DNA from: Hyaloraphidium curvatum SAG 235-1
Taxonomy: Eukaryota; Fungi; Monoblepharomycota
Length of the DNA: 64,000 nucleotides
Reading direction: 5' to 3'
Assembly (NCBI GenBank): GCA_025558095.1
Contig: JAIVFI010000010.1
Coordinates: 186,001 to 250,000 of the forward strand
Part shown: positions 46,530 to 58,687 of the stretch, piece by piece
Numbering within the stretch: the stretch's first letter is position 1
Layout of the letters: each line of letters begins with the position of its first letter
The notes under the pieces: model-generated
Database searches by the model: none
The model's input: the letters and a program-made list of their open reading frames with translations, nothing else
Told to the model about the DNA's origin: nothing
Made by a program: the position numbers and the translations under genes

Positions 46530-48287
46530 TCACTTGTAGAAGTCGAAGTCGGTCGACGCTGCCCCGGAATGAGCTCCGTGCCCAAGCGAACCGCGCAGGA
46601 GGTAGACGTACGTTTGCTCACGTGGCTCTTGTACCCCGCCTCGATGTCCTTGGCCAGGATCACGTACCGGTTCTTGCGCACGGCCTGCATGCCGGCCTCC
46701 TGGCAGATGGCGGCGATCTCGGCGCCCGAGATCTTGTCCGGCCGGGAAATAACTTCGGGCGACGTCGTCAGGACTGTAAGAGCAGTAAGAGGCGCAGACA
46801 ACCCACAGTCCTCGAGGTCCACCTCCTCGCTCAGGTTCATCTTGCTCATGAGCGTGGTGAAGACAAGCCGCTTCTGCCGCCGGTCGGGGAGCGGGAACTC
46901 GATTTTCCGGTCCAAGCGGCCCGGTCGCAGCAGTGCGGGGTCGAGGGTGTCGGCGCGGTTTGTCGCCATGATGACCTGCGAGTCCGAATGAGCGCCAAGG
47001 GAAAAGAGTGCTGAATTGACAACGTACCTTGACGTTGCTCGTCTGGTCGAAACCGTCCATCTGATTCAACAGCTCCAGCAGGATCCGCTGCACCTCGCGG
47101 TCGGCGCCCGTCTGCGCGTCGAAGCGCTTGGTCGCGATGGCGTCGATCTCGTCGATGAAGATGATCGACGGCGAGTTCTCCCGCGCGAGGCGGAACACGT
47201 CGCGGACCATCCGCGGGCCCTCGCCGAGGTACTTTTGCACGAACTCGGAGCCGACGACGCGGATGAAGGAGGCGGTGGTATGGTGCGCGACGGCCTTGAC
47301 AAGCATGGTTTTGCCTGCGGCCCGGATCGTGAGCCAACGAAAATGGAAGGGGCCCGTAGGGTACCCACCCGTCCCCGGCGGCCCGTACAGCAGCACTCCC
47401 CGCGGCGGATCGATGCCGATCTGCCGGTACAGGTCAAAGTGCGTGAGCGGCAGCTCCACGGCCTCCCTGATCTCCTGCTTCTGGATATCCAGCCCTCCGA
47501 TGTCCTGGTACGTCACGTCCGGCTTCTCCGTGTCCCCGAGCATCGCGATCGACGAGTCCGCCTCCGGCGGGAGCACGTCCACGAGCGCGTTCGAGTGCCG
47601 GTGCAGGGCGACGGAGGAGGAGGGCTTCAGGAGCTCGCGATCGATGGTGGAGAGGATGCGAACGAGGTAGTTGGAGCCGGTGGTGGAGCCGGCGATGCCG
47701 GTGTAGGCATCGATGGGTTCAAGGAACTGGCCGATGACGAGGGGCACGGATTGGATGCGCTTGACCTCCTCCTGCAGGGCGGGCCCGGATAAGCAAAGGG
47801 CGCCAAGAGCACACCCGGGGGAGCCGAAGAATAATGCCACGAGCCGGAAAATGCCGTCCCGGTGCCCGGAACGCGTGTGCCGCCAGAGATCTGCCCCGCT
47901 CCGGCCCCGGCTGGCCCGACGCGTCCAACACCCCGAGCAGCTTCCCGCCCCGCCATTCCGCCCCTCCGGTCTGCGCCTCTTAAATGCACGGGTCCGAGCC
48001 CCACCTGCGCGCGGATCAGCTCGCGCTTGAGGTTCTTCTGCTCGTCCTTGATGTACTCCTCCTGCAGCTCGAGGAACTCGAGCAGCCGCTCCAGCTTCTT
48101 CAGCCGCGTGTACGGGTCCTCCTCGGCCAACACTTCGAGCTCGTCGAGCTTGTCCTCCGTAAGCGGGGCGTCCTGAGGGCGGGCACCGCGAATATTGGGC
48201 ACGCGTCGGTAAGCGTTCCCCGCAGGCCCGGCGCGGGGCGCGCACCTCCTCGGCCGCCTTGGCGACTTTGATGCCGATCTCGTCCAT
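46530..48287 (-). CDS. RPT3: 26S proteasome AAA-ATPase subunit Rpt3 (PSMC4), multi-exon
   Basis: [24 protein letters not shown]|[41 protein letters not shown], ...DFDFYK*. Confidence 0.97.
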   Translation of the reverse strand: MDEIGIKVAKAAEEVRAPRRACGERLPTRAQYSRCPPSGRPAYGGQARRARSVGRGGPVHAAEEAGAAARVPRAAGGVHQGRAEEPQARADPRAGGARTRAFKRRRPEGRNGGAGSCSGCWTRRASRGRSGADLWRHTRSGHRDGIFRLVALFFGSPGCALGALCLSGPALQEEVKRIQSVPLVIGQFLEPIDAYTGIAGSTTGSNYLVRILSTIDRELLKPSSSVALHRHSNALVDVLPPEADSSIAMLGDTEKPDVTYQDIGGLDIQKQEIREAVELPLTHFDLYRQIGIDPPRGVLLYGPPGTGGYPTGPFHFRWLTIRAAGKTMLVKAVAHHTTASFIRVVGSEFVQKYLGEGPRMVRDVFRLARENSPSIIFIDEIDAIATKRFDAQTGADREVQRILLELLNQMDGFDQTSNVKVRCQFSTLFPWRSFGLAGHHGDKPRRHPRPRTAATGPLGPENRVPAPRPAAEAACLHHAHEQDEPERGGGPRGLWVVCASYCSYSPDDVARSYFPAGQDLGRRDRRHLPGGRHAGRAQEPVRDPGQGHRGGVQEPREQTYVYLLRGSLGHGAHSGAASTDFDFYK

Positions 48288-48513
48288 GGCGGCGGCAGCG
48301 CCGGGCGGCGCGTGGGTATAAGGGCGCCGGGTCCGCGCCTGTTTCGCGGAAGCTGAACGCTGGCCGCTGCTAGACTGGATGACTTCCAAAACCGCATTTT
48401 GGTGCGCTAACCAATTTAGTTTGCCCCGGCGTTTAACCCCAACTTTGACCGCGCACCAAACAGTTGACTTCCGAAACCTGTTTGCCCCGTCCCGTCCCGG
48501 ACGCCGTACAGCC

Positions 48514-49041
48514 ATGGAGGACGACTTCAGCGTGTTTCTATTGCTTGCCGCGGTTGCGGAGGAGGAAGAGAAGCAACGCGCAGTCGAACGGGCCCGGCGC
48601 GTGCTGCTCGCGTACCGACTGCGGCAGACACTCCGCACCCGGAATTACGTGATGGTAGCGGACCTGGAGGACCCGGCGCATTCGTGGTGGCCGAAGTTCT
48701 ATCGCGACGCGTCGGATTCGGCCTTCGTTAGCGAGCTCGGTCTCAACCGAGCCGCGTTCGAGGAGCTTCTTGTTGCGTTCGACGGCGCGTACGTCGTAAA
48801 GTCTGGAGACGGGAAGCCGGGCCGGCCTCCGAAGCTACCGGACAAAGCGGCAGTTTTGGCTCTTTTGCTCTGCTTCTACTCGAGCCGGGGGGAGCGGAAG
48901 GAGTTGTGCACGAAGTTCGGCGTTCCCCCGGCCACCAATTCCCGGGTCCTGGACAATGCTGAGCGCGCTCTTTACGAGGCCCTGGAGCACGTTGAATCCG
49001 CTGCAATCACGTGGCCTTCAAAGGCGCAGCAGCTTGAGTGG
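48514..49041 (+). pseudogene. Truncated Harbinger-type transposase (N-terminal/HTH part only)
   Basis: FVSELGLNRAAFEELL, GRPPKL, LALLLCFY, LCTKFGVPPATNSRVL, ITWPS. Sequence switches to the opposite-strand gene before any DDE domain. Confidence 0.75.
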
Positions 49042-49472
49042 ATCCGCTTGGCCCGCTCCACGTTGGGCGGCATCGGCTTATTTCCTGCCATGGTAACCCA
49101 CATCAGATCGGTGCCAAAAGCAACGGCAAAAAGACGCTTACCGGTCGGCTTCTTCGCGCCTTTGAGTTCGTTGTACTTGCGCCGGATTGTCTCCACTTGG
49201 CGCTCATAGCCTTCCCCCATCCGAGCATTGTGCTTTGCGAGAGCAATTTTCCATTCTTCGATGCCAGAAGGTAACTCTTCTTCGATACAATCAAGCATGA
49301 CTTGGGGAGAAGGGTCAGATGCTGTCCTGCGGGGGAAAGGCTAGACCAACTTACTGCTGATCTCGTAGTCCTTCATGGTCTTCCCCCGCGTCTTCTTGCT
49401 CGCTTCCACCTTCTTCTTGGCCTCTTTCCTAGCCTTCCTTTTCTTTCTCTCGCCCTCCTTGGTCCGCGCCAT
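49040..49472 (-). pseudogene. Truncated Myb/SANT-like accessory protein of the transposon (DUF6818-like), 2 introns
   Basis: MARTKEGERKKRK...|MLDCIEEELPSGIEEWK...ERQVETIRRKYNELKGAKKPTG|NKPMPPNVERAKRI, then runs into antisense transposase sequence. Confidence 0.7.
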
Positions 49473-50008
49473 GGTGTGCTGACAGGGTGGATCGCCAGAA
49501 TTCAGGACGGGGCATGGAAGCTCATAGAACATTCGGCGACGCTACCTGCTGGTCCCTGCGAAGTCTCGAGCCGATCCCGGCCCACAGCGCGCGTGGAGAG
49601 GACGTCGAAGTGATTTGGTGTTTGTGTTTTGCCCGGCGGACCGGTTGTCCAGACGGGTTTGGTGTCTGCGCAAATTGGGCGGTTGCCCCGACGTTTGGTT
49701 TGGTGTTTGCCCCACGCGCTAGCGGACACCAAATAGGGTTTTGGAAGTCATCCACTGAACCGCCTGTCCCCTTGACCAACGCAGCGATCTAAAGATCAAA
49801 GCAGCTTCCAACTTCGCAGATCTTCAAAGAGTGTCAATGGCTAGCTGGATATTGACATGGGACATCCAAACGTGGCCTGCCAAGTCAACAGCTCTATCAT
49901 TCCCAGCCCAGCAACTGGCGAGGCCTCAACAGCAGTTCGAGCAACAAAATACCAAGGCCGCTCTTCGTTCCATCTGAATGTTCGACGACCATGTAGCGGC
50001 AGCACCAC

Positions 50009-50466
50009 CTATACCGCAGGCGTGCTCTGCGCCTTCAAAGCTGCCGCCACCTGCCCCGAAATCTGGTTGACGGCATCGGCCGAAAGGGTCCCGTCCGTCG
50101 AGCCGAAAACGCTCTGAAGCGCCGTGAGCGCCTTCTTGACCGCGTCCGGGTGCTCCGCAAAAGACTCCTCCAGGGCCTTCTTGCTGTGGCGCGTTCCCGT
50201 CCGCGTTACCCCGCGCAGCCCAGCATTCGCCGCCGGGAGACCCACATTGTGACCGGATCCGTCGCTCCCAGCTTCTTCAGGGCCGCCTCGAGCTTCTCCT
50301 TGGTCTCCTTTGGGGCACCTTCGAACTCCTTGCGCAGGATTTCGGCCACCTTCTTGTAGCGCTCCTCTTCCGCGTCCGGTGGCGGCTTGTCGCCGTTCGC
50401 CAGGGCAGCGTCTTCGGCCTGCTGGCCACGGATTGCGGAGGAGGGCTGGATGTCCTCGGAAGCCAT
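50009..50466 (-). CDS. Small helical hypothetical protein, 2 exons
   Basis: MASEDIQPSS...EKLEAALKKLGATDPVT|KKALEESFAEHPDAVKKAL...STPAV*, with coding-like codon bias. Confidence 0.55.
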
Positions 50467-50662
50467 AGCTTTAGAGGTCGGGACGGGAAGTTTGGTGGAC
50501 CCTGCCCAATAGTCCCTGACCGCCAAGGACGTTCTCGCTTTTTCACTGGTGCGCTGATAAGCCTAGCACCAAAGTGTCCCGGGACGTTGATCATGCCGAA
50601 AGCATTTCATTACGATGCCCTTGGGCGCCGATCTCACAAAGGGCTTCCCGATCACTCCCAGG

Positions 50663-51656
50663 TTACAGCTTCGACACGCCGTTCCAATCCAGCCTCCACT
50701 CCCTCGACACGGGCTTGGGCCTTCTTGCGTTGAAGTCGAGCACCGCGATCCCCCTGGCGTTCACCTGCACGCCCTCCCCCGCCAGCGTCTGGTCCTCGAT
50801 GCACATCATCATACCCTCCGCGACCGTCTCGGCGGGCACGCTCCGCCGGATCACGTCTTCCTCGCTCTCGTCCGGGTAGCTCCATTTCTTCAGCTCGGGG
50901 TCCCTCAGAGCAGTAAGAACCAGGGGAGTCATGACGGCGCCAGGAAGGACCGCGTTGACACGGATGCCGCGGGTCTTGCCGAGGGGCTTGAGGGAGCGGG
51001 TCAAGTGCAAAACACCGGCCTTCGCAGAAGCGTAAGCGGCCAGGCGGAGCACCTCGTGGATTGCCGCCATCGACGCAGTATTCACGATGACGCCGGGCTT
51101 GCCCTCGCGGTTGAAGATGTCGATCGCGAGCTTGGTGCCCAGTATGACTGCCCGGAGATTGACGTCCAGCATCTTGACGAACGCGCGGGGATTGGGCCCG
51201 TCAACGAACGACTCGGATTCGGAGATGCCGGCGTTGTTGACGACCACGTCGAGGGTGCCGAAAGCATCTGCAGCGGATGTTCGCTCGAGGGTAGCCTGGC
51301 TCGTTACGGACGACATACCGATCGCGGTCTTGAAAGCTTTCTCCACGTCGTCCATCGACGAAAGGTCCGCATTCACGAAGATGACCCTCTGTTCCCCTAG
51401 TCAGTTGCGCGCCGGAGCTCGCCAAGCGGGCGCGACCGACCTTCTCGGCCTCCGCCTTCGACGTGCCCCGTTCCTCGAGCAGCTTCCGCGTCTTTGCCAG
51501 CACTTCCGCCCCGAGCTTCTCGTTCCGATCCACCATCGCGACCTTGGCCCCCTTGAGCGCGAGCTGGATCGCCAGGAGCGAACCGAACCCCGACGCAGCA
51601 CCCGTCACCAGGCACGCCTTGCCGGCCACCTGGTACGTGTTTGCGCGGGATCCCAT
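50663..51656 (-). CDS. Short-chain dehydrogenase/reductase (15-hydroxyprostaglandin dehydrogenase-like), 3 exons
   Basis: TGAASGFG, VNNAGI, NTAS, YASAK, IRVNAVLPG. Confidence 0.9.
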
Positions 51657-51906
51657 TGCTGCGGAGGGCTCGGTGCTGCTGATTGGCTGTGGATAGCCGC
51701 GATGAAGCAACTGGTTTGTGGGAGACGCGTCGGAGGCAAGGCCTGTGATTCTGGCGGTGTCAGCGGCACTGTTTGCGCGCGTGCAACCTCCAAATCCCGG
51801 GACCAAACAAGGCGGGCCGACCGTTGTTACCGCAGCAACCGGCGCTCTCTCGCACGGGCAAGGCACCCTTCGTCAAGTTTCGGACCATTCCCGCCCCGCC
51901 GCCGCC

Positions 51907-53748
51907 ATGCGCCGCCCCATCGCGTGCGCCCTGCTCCTCGCGGCCCTCGCTGCCCCCGCGGCCGCACAGCCCGCCGCCGGCGCCGCGTGGCCCATGTGCT
52001 CGTCGGCGACGCAGCAGTACTGCATCGCCGCCGCAACCCGCGACGGCGAGCCGCTCGATGGAGCAAACAACGGCCCGTACGAGGGCGGATCCCTCGTGGC
52101 CCACGCCGCGCTGACGGACACAAACACCGTCGCCTGGGGCATCCTCTGGTCAATCGACGAGAATTCGCTGCCCGGATCGACAAAGGGCTCGATGATGGTG
52201 CGCCCGGTAAACATCCCGGATCCCCGCTGAGCTGACCCTGCACGTCAACAGTCCATCAAACTCCGGCTGGGCAAGCTGAACCCAATGTACACCATGGCGC
52301 GGGCCATGTCGTTCCGTGTCGACAGCGTCTCCGGCTCTGCGGCCACGAACTTTGAGGTGCGTTTCCTGGCTTGCTTGCCGGAACCCAACGCCATATTGAC
52401 TCGTCCTCAACCGCCCCCCCCCCCTAGATCACATTTGTCGGATCCCCCATCGTCGCGGAGTGGCTGACAAAGACCGGCACCGCCAACTGCTACGACGATC
52501 CCGAGAGCTGCGACAACCCGACCGTCCGGGCGGACGTTGCCTTGCGCATGTTCACGGGCATTACCAACAACATGGACGGCTGGTCCGATGCGGCCAAGTC
52601 GATGTTCGGAGGGATGTACATCTCCACCAACGCGCAGTACGTGCAGCGCGTGCTCGACACCACGAAGTGAGTTCGTGTCGGCTCATCGAAGGAGTCGCGT
52701 TTTCTAAGCTCGCTTCTCAACCAGGCTCGACGGCGGGGGCAGTGTGTGGGGCCTCCAGCTCGCCAACCCCCACCTCGGCATCAACGGTACCAACACCACG
52801 GGCGAGTTCAGCGCCTGGATCCCCGAGAGCTACTACACACAGCAGGCGGCCATCTCGGCCTCCTCGGCCGCGAGCAACGGCCTGGTCGCCCAGATCGTCG
52901 GCAGGCAGTGGACCCAGGGCGCCGACGGAAAGTGGACCTCCGCACCCGGCACCGTCTCGATCGCCTCGGGCAGCAAGCTCATGGGCTCCGGGGTCTACAC
53001 CCGCGTCACCCAGGTGCCCTACTCTAGCCCCCGCCTGGCTTTCAACTCCAAGACCGGCCAGTTGGCCGGGAGCAGCGCGACCAACTACGTCCCGTCGGAC
53101 CCGCCCGTCCTGACCCAGCTGACTCAGGCGAGCGGCATCGTCACCATCGCGTTCCGCCCCCCGTACTTTGACGGCAACGCCGAGATCACCTCCTGGACCG
53201 GGTACTGCGAGCAGGGCGGCAAGATCTACAGCCACACCATCGAGCAATCCTTTGCGCGCGCCGTTGCCGTGGCCGGCATGGGCGAAGGCACGGCGTACTG
53301 CTGGGTCAAGGCCCGCAACATGGGCGGCGAGTCGCTCGAGAGCGAGACCGTGGTAGTCGGCGTCTCGGAGGCGCCCCCGATCTTTACGGAGCCGGCGAAA
53401 AGCACGTCGGCCACTGCCCAGGCCACGTCGGCTTCGGCCTCGGCGTCCGCCTCTGCTTCCGCGTCTGCTTCGGCGACGTCGGCTGCGGCTAGCTCTGCCG
53501 CAGCCACTTCGAGTGTCGTTGCGGCCACCTCTTCGGTAGCTGCCGCCACCAGGTGAGAGCCTAATGCAATTGCTGCCTGCCACGAGGCACTGATTGCGCC
53601 TCAATCCAGCTCCGGCGTCGTTCCCACGACGACGACCATCGCCAGAACCACGACGAGCATTCCCAGCGCAGCCTCGGCTTCTTCCATCGTGCAGCTCGCG
53701 CTCGCGGTCTTCGCGGCCCTGATCGGCGCCGTGGCGCTGTCGAACTAG
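51907..53748 (+). CDS. Secreted, probably GPI-anchored surface protein with Cys-containing N-terminal domain, fibronectin type III domain and Ser/Ala stalk; multi-exon
   Basis: Signal peptide MRRPIACALLLAALAAPAAA. FN3 motifs PSDPP...FRPPYFDGNAEITSW...YCWVKARNMGGES. ASASASAS stalk. Hydrophobic tail ...IVQLALAVFAALIGAVALSN*. Confidence 0.75.
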
Positions 53749-53959
53749 ACATGCAGTTTTTCCAAAAGGCGTTTCCGCGGGAGAGAGTATAGTTGAGGCT
53801 ACCCGGCAAACTGGCTGTAGATCTATCAAGTTGTTATGACCTCTTTCAGTACATGGAGACAATGATCAGAAACAGACAAAGCCACCGTGCCAAAGCTTGC
53901 GCGCCATGCGCCCAGAGAGTGCCCGCACCAAGTCCCGCCTCCAACCTCCCGGTCCGCAG

Positions 53960-56900
53960 CTACCGCGACGTGATGGGTTTGCGCTTGATGTGCGGATGCC
54001 CCCTAGAGACAAATGTCAGCCCATCGCGTGCATGATGAAGGGCGGGGAGATCACGCACTCGTCGTCCTTTTCGATTCGGAAGAAGTGGTCGGCGTGGTTA
54101 CTCGCCCCCAGGGCGCGCATGAAGTCCTCGTCGTGCGTGATGACGATGAGCTGGAAGTTGGCCTGCTTCTTGCGGTCCTCGACAATGTCGCTCAGGCTCT
54201 GCGCCAGGCTCATCATGTTCTCGTGATCGAGGTTGGTTGTGGGCTCGTCCAGCGCCAGGATGCCCGAGTTGATGCAGAAGGTCTCGGCGAGCGCGAGCCG
54301 GATGATGAGCGACGTGAGGACCTTCTGGCCCGCGCTGCAGCGTCCGCGCATGTCGAGCTCGGTAGTGTCCTTGACCATGACGACGCGGTAGTTGTAGGAA
54401 CGGTTGCCCTTGGCGGACTCGGCGTCCGCGCGGATCTCGATGGTCTGGATGTCGTTGCCCTTGTACGTCTTTTGCCACAGCTCCTTGATGATCTTGTTGA
54501 TCTCGTCCATCTTCATGGAATGGTATTTCATGATGGCCCTGCAACGTGGCGAGGGTGAGGCGATGCAAGGGATGACATGCAAGGACTACTCACGCGTCCA
54601 GGGCCTTGGCGTACTTCTCAAGGTCGATGTGCGCCATCTCCTTTGTCTTGAGGGCAATCAGATGCTCGGACCACTGCTTCTCGATGTTCTTGTAGCTCGT
54701 CGAGAGCTGCTTGTTGAGCTGCCGTTCCTGCTCCTCGAGCTGCTTGAGCCCGCCCATGATGTGCGCCCGCTCTTCAACCAGCGCTTCGTGCTTCTTCTTG
54801 AGCTTGGAAAACTGCTCGGCCAAGGTGCTCTTGTCCAACCTCTCGCGTTCCTTCTTGAGCTGCTCGTACTCGCGGGACGTCGACACCAAGTCCTTCTGCA
54901 GTTTACGCAACCGCAGGTTGTCTTCAACGTTCCGGCGCTCCACGGCCTGCTCGGACGCGCGCTTGTCCAACCGCGTCGCTTCCTCCGCCACGTGCTGCAG
55001 CTTGAGCTGAACCTGTGCGACATCGGCTTCGTTGCGCTTCAGATCGCTGTCGAGCCGAACGAGCTTCTCCGCGATTCCCTCGTTGATGAACCTGAGTTCG
55101 GTTAAGAAAGTCAAGAAACATCTGGCGTTTGTCCCGACAGAACCCGCCTCTCGATTTCTCGGTCGTACGTCTCCATGCGATTGAACGAATCCTTGAGCTT
55201 CGATGCTTCCTTGGACGCTTCTTGCTCCAGCTGATTGGTCCTCGAACGCAGCTGACCAAGCTCGTTCTCGAGATCAAGCTTCCCCGGCTCCAGGTCCTCA
55301 ATCTTCTCTTCCAGACTCCGAATGGAGCCTTCGCGGCTCGAGGTGTCCTCCTGCAGCGCGTAAACCTCCTTCTGCTGGCGTTCGTGTTCCGCTCGCTGGT
55401 TGCGAAGAGCCTGCAATCGGTCGGTGGCATCGCGGACAAGCTCGGACTTGTGCTGGATGTCCTGCTGCTTGACCCGCGCGTTCTGGTTCGTTTCCTTGAT
55501 TTGGTTTCGCAGGCGATCGCTGGAAGTGAAAGTCAGACGGAAACATCAGCCGGTACCACTCGCGGACTGACCAGGCATTTTGGACCTCGCTCTGTTTCTC
55601 CCGGAGCTCCTCCATGGTCGCAGCAGAACCCGACGACGCGAGCTCCGCGTTGAGCTTCACGACGTCCTCCTCAAGGACCCTCAGCTCCTTGATCAAGCGG
55701 CCGACGTCCTCCGTCCTCCGCTTGAGATTCTGCGCCTGTTCTTCCTCGGCCTTCAGCTTGGCCATCTTCGACTGCCGCTCCTCGACCAGCGCGACGGCGT
55801 CGTTCTTCCGCTTCTCGTTGATGTTAAGCTCCTGGCGGGTGCGAGGGATCTCCTCGTCTCGTAACTTGATGGCCTCCTCTTTGGTGGCTATCAGCTCTCG
55901 CATCTTGAGAAGCAGGGGCTCCCTCTCCTTGAGGTTCTGCTCCTGTTCCACTTTTGCCACGGGGAAACTGTCCCTTGTTTTCTGCACCAGCTTGAGGATC
56001 GTCTCCTCTTCCTGATCGTCGCGGAACTTGCGGCTGCAAGTGAAACAAGTGTGCGACTTCACCATCCGGTTGAGGAACTTGTCGTAAAGCTTGACCATGC
56101 TGTCGAAGGAAGCGATGCCTCTGCCGCAAAGGACAGTGTCAGAGCAGGCCACAGTTTCAACAACGGCAACCCAACTCCTTGAGCTCGAGAACTTCCTTCT
56201 CCTGGTCCGCGAGAGCTTGGTCGAAGTGGTCGATGTCCCGATCGTCGAGTACGTGCTTCAGAATCTGGCTCTTCTTCGCGAACTCGGCCTCTGCCTTTCC
56301 CAGCTGCGACTTCGACATGGTCATCTTGGTCTCCCACTGCGAGAGGTCTCGGTTCGATTCTTCGAGCAGAGTCGCCGCCGTCCGCAGCTCCGCCTGCTTG
56401 GCGCGAATGACCCCCATAACGTCGCTTTCGAGCGACCCGCCGGAGGACTTGCGAGAAAACTGCGCTTCGAAATCGCGGACGCAACCGTCCTGCTGTTGCT
56501 TCAACGAGTCGGATTTCCGCTGCTTCTCAAGCGTCTTCAAGCTCAGCCGGGCCTTTGTTTCGGCCAGCGAGTTTGCAAGGGTTATTTCCTCGTTGACGGT
56601 CTTGAGCTCGTGCTCTTTGGCTGCCAACTGGTTCCCGAGCTCGCGGAGGGTCCTGTCGACGTCCATCTTTCTCATCTGCTCCTGCGCGTTCTCCAGCTCC
56701 AGCTTGTGGGTGTTTAGCAGGGACTCCTGCTCGGCAAAGTCGGCGTTGTCGAGCGTGCTTGCCGCCAGCTGCCTCTTCAAGTGGTCAATCTTGGCTTTGT
56801 TCGCCGCCTTCGGAAAAGTCAATTAAGAGACCGTCCAACAACGCAGCCCGTATAGCACAACGACTCACGATTTGTCTCTTTTCCCCATCGCGCTCGCTCT

Positions 56901-58447
56901 CGAATGTGGTGATCTTCTTCTGGAGCTCCTGCATTTTCTGCTGCACCACTTCCTCGTCCTTGCGACCTTTGGTCCGGATCTGCTGGACCCTGTTCTCCGC
57001 TTCCCGTAGGCTGGCCTTGAGCTTATCGGAAAACTCGGCAACGTCGGACTCGGAGAGCGGGAAGTGATCGAAGCCGCGGAAGCCGTGCTGAGCAGACAAG
57101 CTCGTCACCAAGGCGGCGCGATCGGCGATCTTCTGCGCTTGAGCATCCGATTCGGCCTGCATCTTGCCCTTCTTTGTGAGCATCCTGGTCGCCGCAGTCT
57201 GGAGATCGGCGAGCTTCCGCTCCTCCGTCCTTTTTGATTCATCCAGTTGCGCCTTGACGCCGTCGAGATTCGCGTCCTGCTCCTTGTAAGTTTCCAGGAC
57301 CCGCGTAAGCTCCTCGTCCGAATCTGCGTAAAGCGATTCAAGGATGCTTGAGCCATCGGCCTTCAATGGAAGAAAAACGGCACCAACCTCCTAGCTCTTC
57401 GATGCGTTCAGAGATCTCCGTCACCTGCTTCTCGATACTCTGCTTCTCCACAAGCTTCATGTTGATGCGGACGTCCAGGCCCCCGATGTTGGTGAGGGTG
57501 TCGCCAGTGCTCTTGAGCTGCTCCATGACCGTCGCAATCTCCCCACCGTCCATTTCGGTGATGCGTTCCTTGGCGCGCGCAACCTTGTCTTCGACGTCCG
57601 ATAAGGTCGTCTTTACGTTCTCGAAGCGCTCCTTGTCCAACTTCAGGAACTCGAGCTTCTGCGTGTCCAGCTTGAGCTCCTGCGCCTGCTCCTTGCGGAG
57701 GTCCTTGATGGACTGCAAAGCCTTGGTGTACTTTGTGGCAGCGAAGATCTCATCGAACTTCTTCTTCAGAATGGCGGGCTCGGAAAGGGGCCTGGCAGAG
57801 CGCATGAGCAGAGATCGTCGGCTCGCAGCTTCCAAACGAACCAGTTCGATTCCTCCTGGTGGACGAAAATGACGTTCTCCAGGATCGCGCGGCTGACGCC
57901 CAAGTGCTGGGGAATGTCCGTGTCCAAATCGAGGCATCGGTTCGAGGTGCTGATCTTCTCCATGTCCGAGTTCCTGGCCACGAGCGCCGACTCTAGCGTC
58001 TTGAACGTGACAGAAGCCTTCTTCTGGGTGAGCTGGAGTGAACGCGTCGCGACCATCTCCTGGCCCGTCACAGATCGGAACTTGAGCTTGATCTGCGCCC
58101 TGACCTCGGTTTCACCGGCGACCTGAGGCACTTAGAGCGTCAGGAACGATCGCACAGGGCATCGGTTCGGCCGGCCAACCTTGGGGTCATTGATAAAGGC
58201 TCCTCCCCTACTGTTCGGAGGCAGATCTCCAGTTGTGATGTACTTCAGGCACTCGATAATGGTCTGAAGCGACGTGAACCTTCGTGAGCCGGGTCGGCCG
58301 CTGGGGCCCGCCCGCGCGCCGTACCGTCTTTCCGCTTCCATTGTGCCCGACGATGAGGGTCAGAGGCGTGTAGAACGCTACGACTTCCTCGTTGTGCGGG
58401 TCGAAGGAGCGCACTCCGCGAATGAGGAGCTTCTCGATGGAAGACAT
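53960..58447 (-). CDS. RAD50: DNA repair protein Rad50 (MRN complex), multi-exon
   Basis: [18 protein letters not shown], zinc hook [33 protein letters not shown], long coiled coils. Confidence 0.96.
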
Positions 58448-58687
58448 CCTCGCCCTGGCGCCGGCACGCGGCACGGGTCGATGTTCGTTCCGCCTGCGCT
58501 TGGGCCGCGCAACAGCGCACGATGCGCCCTCTAGAGAGAGACCGCGTGGTCGCGCCGAAGGCGCGCTCCGTTGCTCTAAGGTGACCGTCGTCCCGTGCGT
58601 TCACGTCGTTTTGGAGAGTGGCTCTGCCTCGCGACATAGTCGCCCTTGTATGTAGTATGACAAACGTCGGCACCATCAGCAACCAGA

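Larger units (their letters stand above)
48377..49753. mobile_element. Internally deleted PIF/Harbinger-group DNA transposon, 1,377 bp
   Basis: Perfect 17-bp TIR GGATGACTTCCAAAACC at 48377-48393 and its reverse complement at 49737-49753, with imperfect extension. ACT direct repeat at 48374-48376 and 49754-49756. Two convergent truncated ORFs inside. Confidence 0.88.

Noticed and set aside
37064-58447. DNA-repair cluster (SLF2-like plus RAD50)
   Set aside because: The genes are about 15 kb apart with many unrelated genes between them, and the SLF2 call is tentative.
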